This document shows positions 25,517-35,494 of a stretch of 55,743 bases of DNA, one piece after another. This DNA is from a virus (taxonomy: Duplodnaviria; Caudoviricetes), in IMG/VR virus record IMGVR_UViG_3300044711_000113, positions 1-55,743 of that record. One strand, given 5' to 3'. Numbering within the stretch: the first letter of the stretch is position 1; the number at the start of each line of letters is the position of its first letter. Both the position numbers and the translations under genes were made by a program. The notes under the pieces are model-generated. The model had not been told where the DNA came from. It made no database searches and saw only the letters and a program-made list of their open reading frames with translations.

Positions 25517-26781
25517 CCACGTTCGAGACGCGTCTACGCGACGCCATCCATAAGGCCCTGGCCCGCAACCCCACCGATGGAAGCCACCGCTACGTCAGCA
25601 CGTGGCAGATCGACTCGGTACTCGGCGCGGTCCTCGCCGAGCTGGGCAACTCTGCACCGATCCTCGCCGTCCCCGAGCTGGACGAGGCGGAGCTCGAGGC
25701 CGCGATGGGCCGGCTCCGCGAGCACAGGACACCCCGGTTCTTGGTGAACCTGCCCGCGCCGACGTTCCACACGATCGCGCCCAAGAAGATGCCCGACGGG
25801 TCGATCGTCGTCGCGCTGCCACCCGATGGTGCGCTGGTACGCCACCGCCACGTGTGGCACCTCGACAAGACGACTGTTGTCCGCTCCTGGAAGGGCAGCT
25901 GCTACCGGTGCGCGTTCGAATACCTTGACGGTTCGGTCTGCGACCAAATTTGGACCACCTACGGCGGCGCCCAGATGCCCGACTGGGGCGAGCGCATGTT
26001 CACCTCCGGGCCGTACTTCGAAACCCCGCCGCAGGGTGACCTGTTCGACCAGATCGAGAAGGCCGCCACCGACTACCGGTATGAGCACCGCGTCCCGCCC
26101 GGCACCATGCTCAAGGTCATCGTCACGGGCAATATGGGTGCCCTGCGCGCGGCTGCCGGCGGCCGCGGTCTCCCGGTCGTCTCCGACGACCACATCACCA
26201 TGTGGTTGGACATTCGCCGCCTGGAGCTCGCCGAGGTCTACGGCCCTACCGGTCCGGCCGCGGGCGTCATGGTCTACCAGCCGGGCACCTTCGTCGCCGG
26301 CAAGCCCAAGCGGACCGTCACCCGCGAAGAGGCGCTCGCCGACCCCCGCGGCCGAACAGCGCCCTACCCGAAACCGGACTGCACACAGTGCGATGGCAGC
26401 GGCGTCGCCGGCATCCCGAACAGTCACGCGCTCGGCCCGTGCCCCAATGAGGCCTGCTGGACCGAACCCGGGCCGGGCCGGGTGAGGCTACCCGAAAACG
26501 CGGTCGCTGAGGCGATCGCAGCGGCACCGCGCCGCTACGACGGCGAAGACTGGACGATCACCGTCCAAGGGGCACCCGGCGAGCAAGAGCTCGCCATATC
26601 TCACGTGCACTGTTGGCGCCCGTCGATGGAAGATGGCCAATTCTGCCTGTGGGTCGACCCCGACGGGCAACGCTGCGCCGTCCCGTGGACGCTCGCCGAG
26701 GGCAGCAGCCGAACCGTGTGGTGGTCGATGCCCCGCACCATTGCTGTTTCGTCGGTCGTCGAACCGACCGAACCCTCCTAG
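25513..26781 (+). CDS. Hypothetical multi-domain protein with Cys/His motifs
   Basis: GTGA coupling; CTQCDGSG and repeated H-x-H-x-W...C segments. Confidence 0.55.
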   Translation: MTTFETRLRDAIHKALARNPTDGSHRYVSTWQIDSVLGAVLAELGNSAPILAVPELDEAELEAAMGRLREHRTPRFLVNLPAPTFHTIAPKKMPDGSIVVALPPDGALVRHRHVWHLDKTTVVRSWKGSCYRCAFEYLDGSVCDQIWTTYGGAQMPDWGERMFTSGPYFETPPQGDLFDQIEKAATDYRYEHRVPPGTMLKVIVTGNMGALRAAAGGRGLPVVSDDHITMWLDIRRLELAEVYGPTGPAAGVMVYQPGTFVAGKPKRTVTREEALADPRGRTAPYPKPDCTQCDGSGVAGIPNSHALGPCPNEACWTEPGPGRVRLPENAVAEAIAAAPRRYDGEDWTITVQGAPGEQELAISHVHCWRPSMEDGQFCLWVDPDGQRCAVPWTLAEGSSRTVWWSMPRTIAVSSVVEPTEPS

Positions 26782-26796
26782 GAAGGACTACAGGTT

Positions 26797-27711
26797 GTGA
26801 AGCAGTACGAACCGTGGCGCGGCCCGCACTGCCCGACTGGGCAGCACGCCGCGACCGACCCGACCGACGGCGCCGGGGAGCCGATCTCGCCGGACGAGGC
26901 GGCGAAAACGCACAGGTTCAACGAGGAGTGCACCTGCCCGTGGCTGACCGTGACGTCGACGACCCCGGTCGCGCACATGACCTCGTGGACCCGCCGCGAG
27001 CTGGACCGTCTGATCCTCGAGGCCGACAACGGCTACTTCGACCCGCGGCACTACCCGCCGCGCAGGAATCAGTCGCGGTTCTTGCCGCCGCTGCAGCAGC
27101 GGCTCCTCGAGCTCCTCGACGGCGGCGACGAGCTGGCCGCGGTGCAAACCCTGCTCGGCAATGTGAGCTTCGACCGGGTGACGTGGCATGCCGAAACCCG
27201 GTGCCTGTCGCTGCGCCGGCAGTCGTTCGGCGCGGCCGGTGTCGAGCACGAGTGGCTGCAGCTGTTCCTAGAGTCCGACGCAGGCCAGTACACGGCCCGC
27301 GCGGACGCGCCAGGGGGCGACGTCGACACGATCGATGGGCTGTGGGAAGAACGGCCGGTCGAGCTCGCCGAGGCGGTCCAGACGCGCTCGCTGGTCGACG
27401 GTGCCCGCGGTCAGGTGCGCTCGCTGGTCCGCGGTGTAATCCAGGCCGGCGGTGTCCGGGTGCCCGTCGACGTGACGGACATCAGCGAACAGGGCGGCAT
27501 GACCGTCGCGCATGGCACGTTCCCGTCGGGGGAGGCGTTCGTGATCGCGCAACAGGGAGACAGGACGGCCATCGGCATCGATCCGGCGCTGCTGGCCACA
27601 GGCGGTATCGTCACCGGCCCGGTGTTGGTGGGCGAAGGCGACATCGCGCAGGGGTGGCGCGACGAGCCGCTGCCGCTAGACGAGCTGCGAGCGGACGATG
27701 ATGGATCATGA
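26797..27711 (+). CDS. Hypothetical protein
   Basis: RBS AGGAAGG; 304 aa. Confidence 0.55.
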   Translation: MKQYEPWRGPHCPTGQHAATDPTDGAGEPISPDEAAKTHRFNEECTCPWLTVTSTTPVAHMTSWTRRELDRLILEADNGYFDPRHYPPRRNQSRFLPPLQQRLLELLDGGDELAAVQTLLGNVSFDRVTWHAETRCLSLRRQSFGAAGVEHEWLQLFLESDAGQYTARADAPGGDVDTIDGLWEERPVELAEAVQTRSLVDGARGQVRSLVRGVIQAGGVRVPVDVTDISEQGGMTVAHGTFPSGEAFVIAQQGDRTAIGIDPALLATGGIVTGPVLVGEGDIAQGWRDEPLPLDELRADDDGS

Positions 27712-28040
27712 GCGCAGCGATCCTGTATGACGTTCGCAGTTTCGATTTCGGCTGGGCTGTCGGCTTCTTTGAAGGCGAGGGTTCCGTTAGCGCGAGCTTG
27801 AACGGAAGCGGTCGCCGCTATCTTCTAGCCGCCGTCCCGCAAAAAGATCTCGATGCGCTGGAGCGCTTCGCGCTGATTGTCGGCGTGGGCAAGATCTACA
27901 GCCCGACTCAATCAGGCCTTACCTGCTCGCGTTGGCAAGCGCGTGGCGCGGCATGGCCGTTTCTAGAGGCGGCCTATCCGTTCTTTTCCAGCCGTCGGCA
28001 GGGGCAAGTCGACGTAGTCAGAAGGCTGACGGGAAGATGA
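27708..28040 (+). CDS. Single-motif LAGLIDADG homing endonuclease-like protein
   Basis: 'WAVGFFEGEGSV' LAGLIDADG motif; 'LERFALIVGVGKIY'. Confidence 0.7.
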   Translation: MSAAILYDVRSFDFGWAVGFFEGEGSVSASLNGSGRRYLLAAVPQKDLDALERFALIVGVGKIYSPTQSGLTCSRWQARGAAWPFLEAAYPFFSSRRQGQVDVVRRLTGR

Positions 28041-28621
28041 CAATTCTCTATCACTACACGTGTGTCCACGCGGCCGAGAAGATCGCCGCGGCGGGCCGGC
28101 TGGTCGGGCACCCGCACAAGCACCTGCCGCAGATCGCCCCGCTGATCTGGCTGTCGAACCTGCCGATCGTCGGCGAGCCGATGGATGTCGAGCGGGTCGC
28201 GTTGGGCATGCCGCACCAGCCTGAGGCGGAAGCGCAGGGCTGCGACCGGTTCTCCCATCGGGTGACGGTCGCGACCCGCGGGCAGGTGTTCCACTGGCCG
28301 CGCTGGTCGCGGCGCAACCTGGAGACGGCGCAGCGGCAGGCGATCGAGCTCAACGGGCCGGGCATCCTGCCGGCGCACTGGTGGGTCGGATTCCGTGACC
28401 TGCCCGTGCTCGCCGTGCAGCCGACGGGTGAGCCGCTGGTGTGGGTGGCCGGCGAGCCGCTCCTCGACCTGTCTGTATTCTTCGAGGACACACCCACATT
28501 GTTGGGGGAGGAGGTATCAACTCATGGGCCAGCCGAACCCGTTCGACACCGACCCGGCCGCGCTCGCGCAGCTGGAAGGCGCGTACACGGCAATGCGCGA
28601 TCAGGTACTCGCCGTCGCTAA
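28037..28621 (+). CDS. Hypothetical protein, possible ADP-ribosyltransferase fold
   Basis: 'LYHYT...AEKIAAAGRL...IWLS' pattern. Confidence 0.4.
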   Translation: MTILYHYTCVHAAEKIAAAGRLVGHPHKHLPQIAPLIWLSNLPIVGEPMDVERVALGMPHQPEAEAQGCDRFSHRVTVATRGQVFHWPRWSRRNLETAQRQAIELNGPGILPAHWWVGFRDLPVLAVQPTGEPLVWVAGEPLLDLSVFFEDTPTLLGEEVSTHGPAEPVRHRPGRARAAGRRVHGNARSGTRRR

Positions 28622-29099
28622 ACCGTTCGCCCACGGTGTGCTGCGCTCGGGTGCACCGCGGACCTTCTACGAGATCTACACGACCACCGCCCAGTCGGGG
28701 GTGCACTATCTTGCGCTCGCGCAGGGCTACGCCTGCGCGCTGATCGAGGTGGCCCGGCTGCGTAACCAGATCGACGGCGTCGCCCTGGACCCGATGCCCG
28801 AATGGCCGGCCGACGACGACCCGCGCGAGCAGGCCCGCAAACGGGTCGCCGCGTTCACCGACGCCCTGATGCGCCTGTGCATGGACCACCAGATCCTGAT
28901 CCACCCGGGCGAGGCGCCGATGCCGTGGCTCGAGGACATGGCCGCCGACGAAGGCACCCGGCTCGCGTCCAACTTCCACTGGTGCACGACCGTCCACGCC
29001 TACGCCGCCGCTGAACCGGTCGACCAGCCCGGCTACGCCGACGAGCTCGCCTCGGGCGCGATCGCCGTCCCGTGGGAGGTACCCGATGACCACCATTAA
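28524..29099 (+). CDS. Hypothetical protein
   Basis: ATG after GGAGGAGG. Confidence 0.55.
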   Translation: MGQPNPFDTDPAALAQLEGAYTAMRDQVLAVAKPFAHGVLRSGAPRTFYEIYTTTAQSGVHYLALAQGYACALIEVARLRNQIDGVALDPMPEWPADDDPREQARKRVAAFTDALMRLCMDHQILIHPGEAPMPWLEDMAADEGTRLASNFHWCTTVHAYAAAEPVDQPGYADELASGAIAVPWEVPDDHH

Positions 29100-29225
29100 C
29101 AAGCACGGCCTGCCCGTCCAGACGTGGTATCGGCCGCATTGGGCCAGCTGCCCCAACGCCGAAGAGTTCCGCGAACAGCGCGAGCGTCAGCAGCGGGAGC
29201 TGCGCCGCAGACTGGCAGGGCCGTG

Positions 29226-29507
29226 ATGAAACCGACAATCTACCTGTTGTGCCGCAACGTGCAGGAAGCGGAGGAGCTCGCCGCCCGGCTGCAGCTCAGC
29301 CGCGGACACTGGCGGCCCATCACCAACCCGCATATGCTGCGCGGCTTGACCAAACCGCAGGTCACGCGCACGCCCTGCTGGTCATATGGCCGGTCGCGCG
29401 AGGAGGTCCAAGACATCAGCGAGCATTTGACCATCACGCAGGCTGTCGTGACGACGGTGCGTTGTACTGCCCATTCACCCGCCCTCTCCGCCGAAGACGC
29501 AGCCTGA
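29226..29507 (+). CDS. Hypothetical protein
   Basis: Coupled small ORF. Confidence 0.45.
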   Translation: MKPTIYLLCRNVQEAEELAARLQLSRGHWRPITNPHMLRGLTKPQVTRTPCWSYGRSREEVQDISEHLTITQAVVTTVRCTAHSPALSAEDAA

Positions 29508-29590
29508 CCCGCCTCCACCACCGTTCGGTGTTCACCTAAACAATCCGGGCCTAGATCGGCCACCAGCAGCGCAGAGCAGGAGCAACCCCG

Positions 29591-30145
29591 ATGGTCAAAC
29601 GGCAAACCCGCATCCCAGACGAGGAGCACGCCCTACTCGTCGGCATCCTTGAATACGCCCAGCTGAAACATGTTCTCGCCAACCACCAGCGCCCGGCACG
29701 CACCGAACAGGGATGGCGCACCGCCATCGAAGGCGACGAGGGATTCTTCGACATCACCATGATCGGGCCTGGTGGCATTCTGCTGGTCGAGCTGAAACGC
29801 CGCAAAGGCGCGAAACACAGCGACATGCAGCTCAAGTGGCTTGAGATGGCGATGCGCGCGAAGCAGGCGATCGGCTCCCCGCGGGTGATCGTGGACACGT
29901 GGACGTTCGACCAGTGGCCCGACCCGGGCAAGACGCTGATCGACACCATCGCCAAAGCTCCCGCGCCCGCGAACGGTCTCCTGCGTGAGCCGCCACCACG
30001 ACCGAGCAGCCCGCCCGGCCCGCCGCCTACCCCGATCGTCGTCGTGCAATCCGGGCCGGGCCTGTCGGCGTTCCGGCGCTCGGCCGCGCAGGTCCGCGAC
30101 TTCGCCCGCGGCGGCATCGTGTCCGACGGCCCGTACCTCGCCTAG
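29591..30145 (+). CDS. VRR-Nuc / PD-(D/E)XK nuclease
   Basis: 'GFFDITMI...LLVELKRRKG...QLKWL' signature. Confidence 0.75.
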   Translation: MVKRQTRIPDEEHALLVGILEYAQLKHVLANHQRPARTEQGWRTAIEGDEGFFDITMIGPGGILLVELKRRKGAKHSDMQLKWLEMAMRAKQAIGSPRVIVDTWTFDQWPDPGKTLIDTIAKAPAPANGLLREPPPRPSSPPGPPPTPIVVVQSGPGLSAFRRSAAQVRDFARGGIVSDGPYLA

Positions 30146-30154
30146 CCCCGCCCC

Positions 30155-30179
30155 GGGTGTATCGTGAGCGCACACACCC
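30155..30179. promoter_or_regulatory. Palindromic operator overlapping rightward -10 (TATCGT)
   Basis: GGGTGT-ATCGTGAGCGCAC-ACACCC, intergenic. Confidence 0.7.
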
Positions 30180-30220
30180 AGGTATGTGTCCCGGACCAAC
30201 GATCACGGAAGGCTTTTGAC

Positions 30221-30616
30221 GTGAGCATGATGACGCTCGACTCGGCATGGCGCCAGCTACGAGGCGCCACCCGAGACCAGGCCACAGCAGACGAACGGGT
30301 AGCCGGCGCACGCAAGGTGTGGCTGATGACGCTGCTCGAGCAGATGGCCGAACGCCTCGAGGAGGCCCGCGACCTCGGCGTCGACGTGACCGCCGAGAAG
30401 GGTCTGCTCTCGATCGGTGTCCCGTGCACCAAGTGCATGACGATCGTCACCGCCAAGACCCGCGGCGTGAAACACAAGATCTTTCTCGGGGGGAAGGACT
30501 CCCCGGCCGTGTACGCCGAATGTGACCGTCTCCCGATCGACGCGCTGCCCGACAAGGACGGCAACGCCGCCGCAATGCCCGAGTGGCCGCCGCTGCCTAA
30601 GCCGGTGATCGAATGA
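30221..30616 (+). CDS. Hypothetical protein
   Basis: GTG after GGAAGG; CTKC...H...C; start uncertain. Confidence 0.5.
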   Translation: MSMMTLDSAWRQLRGATRDQATADERVAGARKVWLMTLLEQMAERLEEARDLGVDVTAEKGLLSIGVPCTKCMTIVTAKTRGVKHKIFLGGKDSPAVYAECDRLPIDALPDKDGNAAAMPEWPPLPKPVIE

Positions 30617-30939
30617 GGGACAACCAGCTCGACGAGGCAGCGCAGCCCGACGACGACGACGCCCGCATCAGTCACCAGACCCGGCGCGTCATGTCCGAGC
30701 ACCTTTCGCGTGAGGCGTCGCGTCACTCCCATGCACCCGCCGCTAAGACGGTCGGCGAGACGATGGCCGTGTACGCCCGCCAAATGCACCTGCGGCTGAT
30801 CTGGTCGCAGGAAGAACTTGCCGCGGCAAGCCCTGGCGCACTCATGACCGTCGTGCGTGGCGGCTTCCCGCGCTTCACCGGCCCGCAACGCCGCCGCCTC
30901 ACCAAACGGATCAACCGGATGAAAGGCCACCAGCCGTGA
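30613..30939 (+). CDS. Hypothetical protein
   Basis: ATGA/GTGA coupling on both sides. Confidence 0.5.
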   Translation: MRDNQLDEAAQPDDDDARISHQTRRVMSEHLSREASRHSHAPAAKTVGETMAVYARQMHLRLIWSQEELAAASPGALMTVVRGGFPRFTGPQRRRLTKRINRMKGHQP

Positions 30940-31532
30940 CCGCCACCCCGCCTGCGCTCGTTTTCTTCGACACCGAAACGACCAGCCTGCGCCCCGATCG
31001 GCGCATGTGGGACGTTGCCGGGGTACGCCGCGAACCCGACGGCAAAGAGACCGAGATGCAAATGTTTGTCCAGCTCGACGACCTCGACCTCGGCAACGCC
31101 GACCACATCAGCCTGACCATCGGCAAGTTTCACGACCGGCACCCGCAGATGGGCAAGGCCGGCCGGCTCGGGCCGCAGCTCGGCCACGGGCTGACGCACA
31201 CCGAATTCGACGTGCTCCAGTCCCTCGAGGTGTTCACCCGCGACGCGATCATCGTCGGTGCGGTACCCAACTTCGACACCGAGGTAGCCGCCGCCCGGAT
31301 GCGCCGCCATAACCTGTGCCCCTCCTGGCACTACCACCTCGTCGACGTCGAAACGCTCGCCGCCGGGCAGCTCGGGCTGCGCCCGCCGTGGTCGTTCGAC
31401 AGCATCCTTGCCGCGTACGGGATCACCGTCGACGAGCAGCTGCGGCACACCGCCCTCGGCGACGCCTACCTCAACGTCTACCTCTACGACGCTGTCTACA
31501 GCGGCCAGCGCTGGAAGGCCACACGACCATGA
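30936..31532 (+). CDS. DnaQ-like (DEDDh) 3'-5' exonuclease
   Basis: ExoI 'FFDTETTSL', ExoII 'GAVPNFD', ExoIII 'HTALGDA'. Confidence 0.85.
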   Translation: MTATPPALVFFDTETTSLRPDRRMWDVAGVRREPDGKETEMQMFVQLDDLDLGNADHISLTIGKFHDRHPQMGKAGRLGPQLGHGLTHTEFDVLQSLEVFTRDAIIVGAVPNFDTEVAAARMRRHNLCPSWHYHLVDVETLAAGQLGLRPPWSFDSILAAYGITVDEQLRHTALGDAYLNVYLYDAVYSGQRWKATRP

Positions 31533-33136
31533 CCGACTTCCCGATCCTTGACACTGTCAGGCACAAGCACGGGCAGCACGACTGGCACAACCACCCCGCA
31601 GCCGAGTACGCGGAACATCAGCAGCCCATCGACAACGAGGTCATCTCGGACCTGCCGCCCAAGTGGAGCCAGCCGCTCACCCCCATCGGCTCATCCGGTG
31701 CCGCCGTCGCCCCGGCCAGCGGCGTCTTGCACGCCTCCGAAACCGGCGTCGAGCCGCGCTACGAGCCGGCGCTCGGCCTCGACCAGTGCCCGGCCATGAC
31801 CGACGCTTTCACCGTCGGCGACGGCGAGCGGCTCATCGGCATGCGCTGCACCCGCCGCGCAGGCCACCTCGAGGGCCTGGACGTCCTCGGCGGCGCGTAC
31901 CCGGGCCTCGAGCCGCGCCTGCACGCGATCACCACAAACAAGCTCATGTTCTGCTGGACCGACGACGAGCTGTACTGCGCCCGCTACCGCAACCTGCGCC
32001 TCGAGCAGGAGGGGCCGGTCCCTTCGCTGCACACCGAACCGACCGGTAAAGCCGAGGCCGAGACGGCGTGGCTGGACAACAACGGGCGCGTCTGGGTCGA
32101 GTCCGGTGCCACCGGAAGCCGCAAGCTGCACCTCGCCGGCTGGGCGAACGGCATCGACGTGATCCACCCCGACGACGGCGATCACCGCGACCGGATGACC
32201 CCGCTCTACGCCCCGCTGGACTGGGCCGACCAGGACGACGACGAGATCGACTTCATGGTCGCGAAGATGTGGCACGAAACGTTGACCGACGTCCTCACGC
32301 AGGCCGGGATCGAACCGGCCGGCGGCGGCCCGTTCCCGTCATGGCATGAGGTGCCACACACCGACAAGGTCATCGCCGCCCGCGTCGCCCACCACGTCTA
32401 CCGCGTCCTCAACGTCACCTTCATCAAGCTCCGCCTCGGCATCCCCGAAACCGTCCACGACCACGACAACATCGCCGAGCAGCTGGGCAAAACCATCCGG
32501 GAACGCGACAGCCTCGCCCGCCGCCTCAACGTCCGCTTCGAAGAGCTCGAGAAGGAACGCGGGCGCCTAATCGCGGTCGACCTCGCCGCCCGCGGGTTCT
32601 GGAACGACCTGCAGACCATCCTCGGCAACAGCGGCCACCCGTACTGGTCGCCCGCGCTCGACGCCGTAGCCGCGCTCACTAGCCAGCCGGCCGCCTCAGC
32701 CGCCGGCCGCCCCGACTCGTACGTGCCCGAAAAGCACACCTGGTCACAGCCACGCCCCGGCGTGTTCGTCTGCCTCGAGTGCCCGCGCACCACCCCGCCC
32801 GACGACGAGCACGGAGAATGCGCACCCTGGCCGTGCCCAGGCGCGCTCGAGGGGAAGCCGGCGCTCGCGCACTACAACGAATACTGGCCGGTCGGCACAC
32901 GTGTCCAATTCCGGCCCAACGGTGTCGGCGACTGGACCGACTCCAACACCATCACACCCGTCTGGCTCGGCCGCGACCTGCAACCTTATGTGTCCGTGGC
33001 TGCCTACCCGCCGCAAGCCGGCGCCGCCGTCAAGATCGGCGACCTCCGGAAGATCTACAACGACGGCGACGGCGACGACAGCGGCCCACTCGAGCCGCTG
33101 GGCGCGGTAGAGCAGCTCGATCGGTACGGCATGTGA
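31529..33136 (+). CDS. Hypothetical mosaic protein
   Basis: ATGA coupling; 535 aa with coiled coil and C/H motifs. Confidence 0.55.
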   Translation: MTDFPILDTVRHKHGQHDWHNHPAAEYAEHQQPIDNEVISDLPPKWSQPLTPIGSSGAAVAPASGVLHASETGVEPRYEPALGLDQCPAMTDAFTVGDGERLIGMRCTRRAGHLEGLDVLGGAYPGLEPRLHAITTNKLMFCWTDDELYCARYRNLRLEQEGPVPSLHTEPTGKAEAETAWLDNNGRVWVESGATGSRKLHLAGWANGIDVIHPDDGDHRDRMTPLYAPLDWADQDDDEIDFMVAKMWHETLTDVLTQAGIEPAGGGPFPSWHEVPHTDKVIAARVAHHVYRVLNVTFIKLRLGIPETVHDHDNIAEQLGKTIRERDSLARRLNVRFEELEKERGRLIAVDLAARGFWNDLQTILGNSGHPYWSPALDAVAALTSQPAASAAGRPDSYVPEKHTWSQPRPGVFVCLECPRTTPPDDEHGECAPWPCPGALEGKPALAHYNEYWPVGTRVQFRPNGVGDWTDSNTITPVWLGRDLQPYVSVAAYPPQAGAAVKIGDLRKIYNDGDGDDSGPLEPLGAVEQLDRYGM

Positions 33137-33378
33137 TGGGCGCCCTCATCAAAAAGTGGCTGCTCGCGGCAGGCGGCTGGATCGCCTGCCGCCTCAGCTA
33201 CCACAACTTCACCACCGCCGACCCGCCCCGCAAGGCGTTCGGCTACACCGTGTTCGTCTGCACCCGCGGCTGCAAGGGCGACTGGGCGCGCGAGCGGTTC
33301 GACTACCAGATGTACTTCTTCCGCATCCAAGGCAACCCACAACGCGGAGATCAAAATGGAGTCACGTACTACTACTGA
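33136..33378 (+). CDS. Hypothetical small protein
   Basis: TGATG coupling; C-R-x-x-x-H...CxxxC. Confidence 0.45.
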   Translation: MGALIKKWLLAAGGWIACRLSYHNFTTADPPRKAFGYTVFVCTRGCKGDWARERFDYQMYFFRIQGNPQRGDQNGVTYYY

Positions 33379-33673
33379 TCTCACCCCGGTAGAGCGCCCA
33401 AACGGGCGCCTCTACCGGCCCCGCAAACCACCAGCGGCCCGGCTCGTCCCCGATATCGACAGCCTGTTCGCCTACATCTACGTGCTACGCACCCATGACG
33501 TCGACATCGCGCTCGAGCTGGCGAAAGTACTTGCCGTGTGGGAAGGTGTCGAATTCCGTGAGGACCGGCCGCCGCGGCTGATCTGGACCCGCATCGCCAT
33601 GCGCGATTACGAGCAGCAATACGTCGATGACCCCGTGTACGGCGTGCCGGCCGTCTGTTTCGAGGTGTGGTGA
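33356..33673 (+). CDS. Hypothetical protein
   Basis: RBS GGAG; 'RPNGRLYRPRK...VLRTHD'. Confidence 0.55.
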   Translation: MESRTTTDLTPVERPNGRLYRPRKPPAARLVPDIDSLFAYIYVLRTHDVDIALELAKVLAVWEGVEFREDRPPRLIWTRIAMRDYEQQYVDDPVYGVPAVCFEVW

Positions 33674-34140
33674 GAACCGTGGCAGAACCCCCAGTGATTG
33701 AGGCGATCGCCCCGTCGTGGCAGTCGTCGAAGATCCACCTTCACGTGGCCGGCTACCTGCCCCGCGGTCGCCCAGGTCGCCGGCCGAAGGAACGCTGCCT
33801 CAAAGTCACCCCGATGTGCGGGGCATCCGCTGCAGGATCGACGACAGCGGCGCGGGTCCCGCTCAAGGATGCGTTGCACTGGCCGACGTGGAAGCCGGCA
33901 TGTGACGGCGAGCCGTTCCCGACTCCTGCGGTGCCCGAACGGCGTTGGTGTGTCGCCTGCCTCGGCCATGCCGCTGACCTGCTAGGACTCGCCGACGATC
34001 TCGTGCGGGCGTTGGTGTCGGAGGAGGGAATTCGCAGCTCAGACGGCCTGAATGTCCAGGGTCAAATGGTCACGTCCGGCGTGGATAATGGCAGTTCAGC
34101 AGGGGTGGTAAGGGCCGATACGGGGGTTGGTGGTGACTGA
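33667..34140 (+). CDS. Hypothetical protein
   Basis: H...CG...WCVAC motif. Confidence 0.45.
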   Translation: MVRTVAEPPVIEAIAPSWQSSKIHLHVAGYLPRGRPGRRPKERCLKVTPMCGASAAGSTTAARVPLKDALHWPTWKPACDGEPFPTPAVPERRWCVACLGHAADLLGLADDLVRALVSEEGIRSSDGLNVQGQMVTSGVDNGSSAGVVRADTGVGGD

Positions 34141-34370
34141 TGGAATGGAGCGCTCCCATGGATGTTGATAGCCGGCCCTGGGTCAACTTCGCGCCCGGCC
34201 GTGTCGTCTGCCCGTTCGAAGGCTGCGGCACGGTCATCCCCGTCATGGTCGAGGCGTGCGCCGCTAAACCCCTGCAGGCTATCGAGCTGCGACCCAACCT
34301 GACCGACGTGTGGGCTCACGTGTGGGCCTGCCCCTACAACCCTGGAGAGGAGCCCGACGATGCCGGGTAA
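34140..34370 (+). CDS. Small Zn-finger-like protein
   Basis: CPFEGC...H...C; TGATG coupling. Confidence 0.45.
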   Translation: MEWSAPMDVDSRPWVNFAPGRVVCPFEGCGTVIPVMVEACAAKPLQAIELRPNLTDVWAHVWACPYNPGEEPDDAG

Positions 34371-34920
34371 GTCGCCGCTGCCGCGCTCGTTCTCACCATC
34401 GGCAACCACCGCCCGGCAACGCCGGGTGATCGAGCTGCTCGCGAACGGGAAGAAGGCACGCGAGATCGCCCACGAGCTCGGCGGGATCACCGAGAACGGC
34501 GCCCGTAAGCTCATGGCCCGCGCGCTCGCCGCACAGGCCCGCCGGCTCCTGTCCGAGGAAGCGTTCGAGCAGGCCGCCGCAACCTACCTGGGATGGCACG
34601 AGCGGCTGTTCGAAGCGTGGATGCCCTACGCGGTCGGCTACGTCGACGGGCAGACTATGAAGCCCGATAAGGACGGCGCCGACGTCGTGCTCAAACTGAT
34701 GAAGCAGTACGCCGACGTCTACGGGCTCAACGCGCCGATCAGGGTCCAGCCTGTCGCCGCAGACGATCCGGGCGCGGTGCGCCCCGAGGCCGATATCGTG
34801 ACCGCGGTCATGACCCACCTCGACGAGCTGTCCGAGCGGATGGGGCTGATCGGCGGGCCGCCTCCGGTGGTGATCGAAGGCGAGTCGACCCCGACGGAAT
34901 CACCGTCCGTGACCGGATGA
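34360..34920 (+). CDS. HTH protein, probable terminase small subunit
   Basis: 'RQRRVIELLANGKKAREIAHELG...ARKLMARAL' and 'YGLNAP', as in actinophage TerS-like proteins. Confidence 0.55.
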   Translation: MPGKSPLPRSFSPSATTARQRRVIELLANGKKAREIAHELGGITENGARKLMARALAAQARRLLSEEAFEQAAATYLGWHERLFEAWMPYAVGYVDGQTMKPDKDGADVVLKLMKQYADVYGLNAPIRVQPVAADDPGAVRPEADIVTAVMTHLDELSERMGLIGGPPPVVIEGESTPTESPSVTG

Positions 34921-34979
34921 AGATCAATCTATGGCCTAACGCCGGGCCTAGACCAAACACGATATACGGAGAGTGAACA

Positions 34980-35408
34980 ATGAAGCGTTACCATCTCGCG
35001 GTCGAACCCGACGAGCAGGAAGAAATCGACCACGCCATCGAGCGGTACTTCGCCGATCACCCCGAGCTGAACCCCGAACGGGTCTCGGTCGTCCTGCGCG
35101 CCGTCGACGACGGCACCTACGAGGCGCTCGGGCACACCGTCGTCGGCACGGGCGCCCCGATCGAGCAGCCCGTCGAGAAGCCGGTCGACATCCCGCTCGA
35201 GCTGCTCGCCGAGGATGCGTTCATCGCCTACGCCAACCGGCTCAGCCACGCGAATCACACGATGGACGTCGCCGAAGGGTGGACCAACCAGGGCGACGAG
35301 ATCCGCGCAGGCTTCACCGCCGCCGCGCAGGCCATCCGCGACCGGGTGCTCGGCGCGCCCACGCCGACGGCCGCGCCGGGCCTCGCGCACCTCAAGGAAG
35401 GCCAGTAG
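34980..35408 (+). CDS. Hypothetical protein
   Basis: RBS GGAG; 142 aa. Confidence 0.55.
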   Translation: MKRYHLAVEPDEQEEIDHAIERYFADHPELNPERVSVVLRAVDDGTYEALGHTVVGTGAPIEQPVEKPVDIPLELLAEDAFIAYANRLSHANHTMDVAEGWTNQGDEIRAGFTAAAQAIRDRVLGAPTPTAAPGLAHLKEGQ

Positions 35409-35494
35409 GCTCAACGCCGGACCCGGGGGCAGTTCGGAACGCATAGCGCAGCCGCCCCGGCCCACACCAATAACCCGAGATGGGAGACGGCGAG

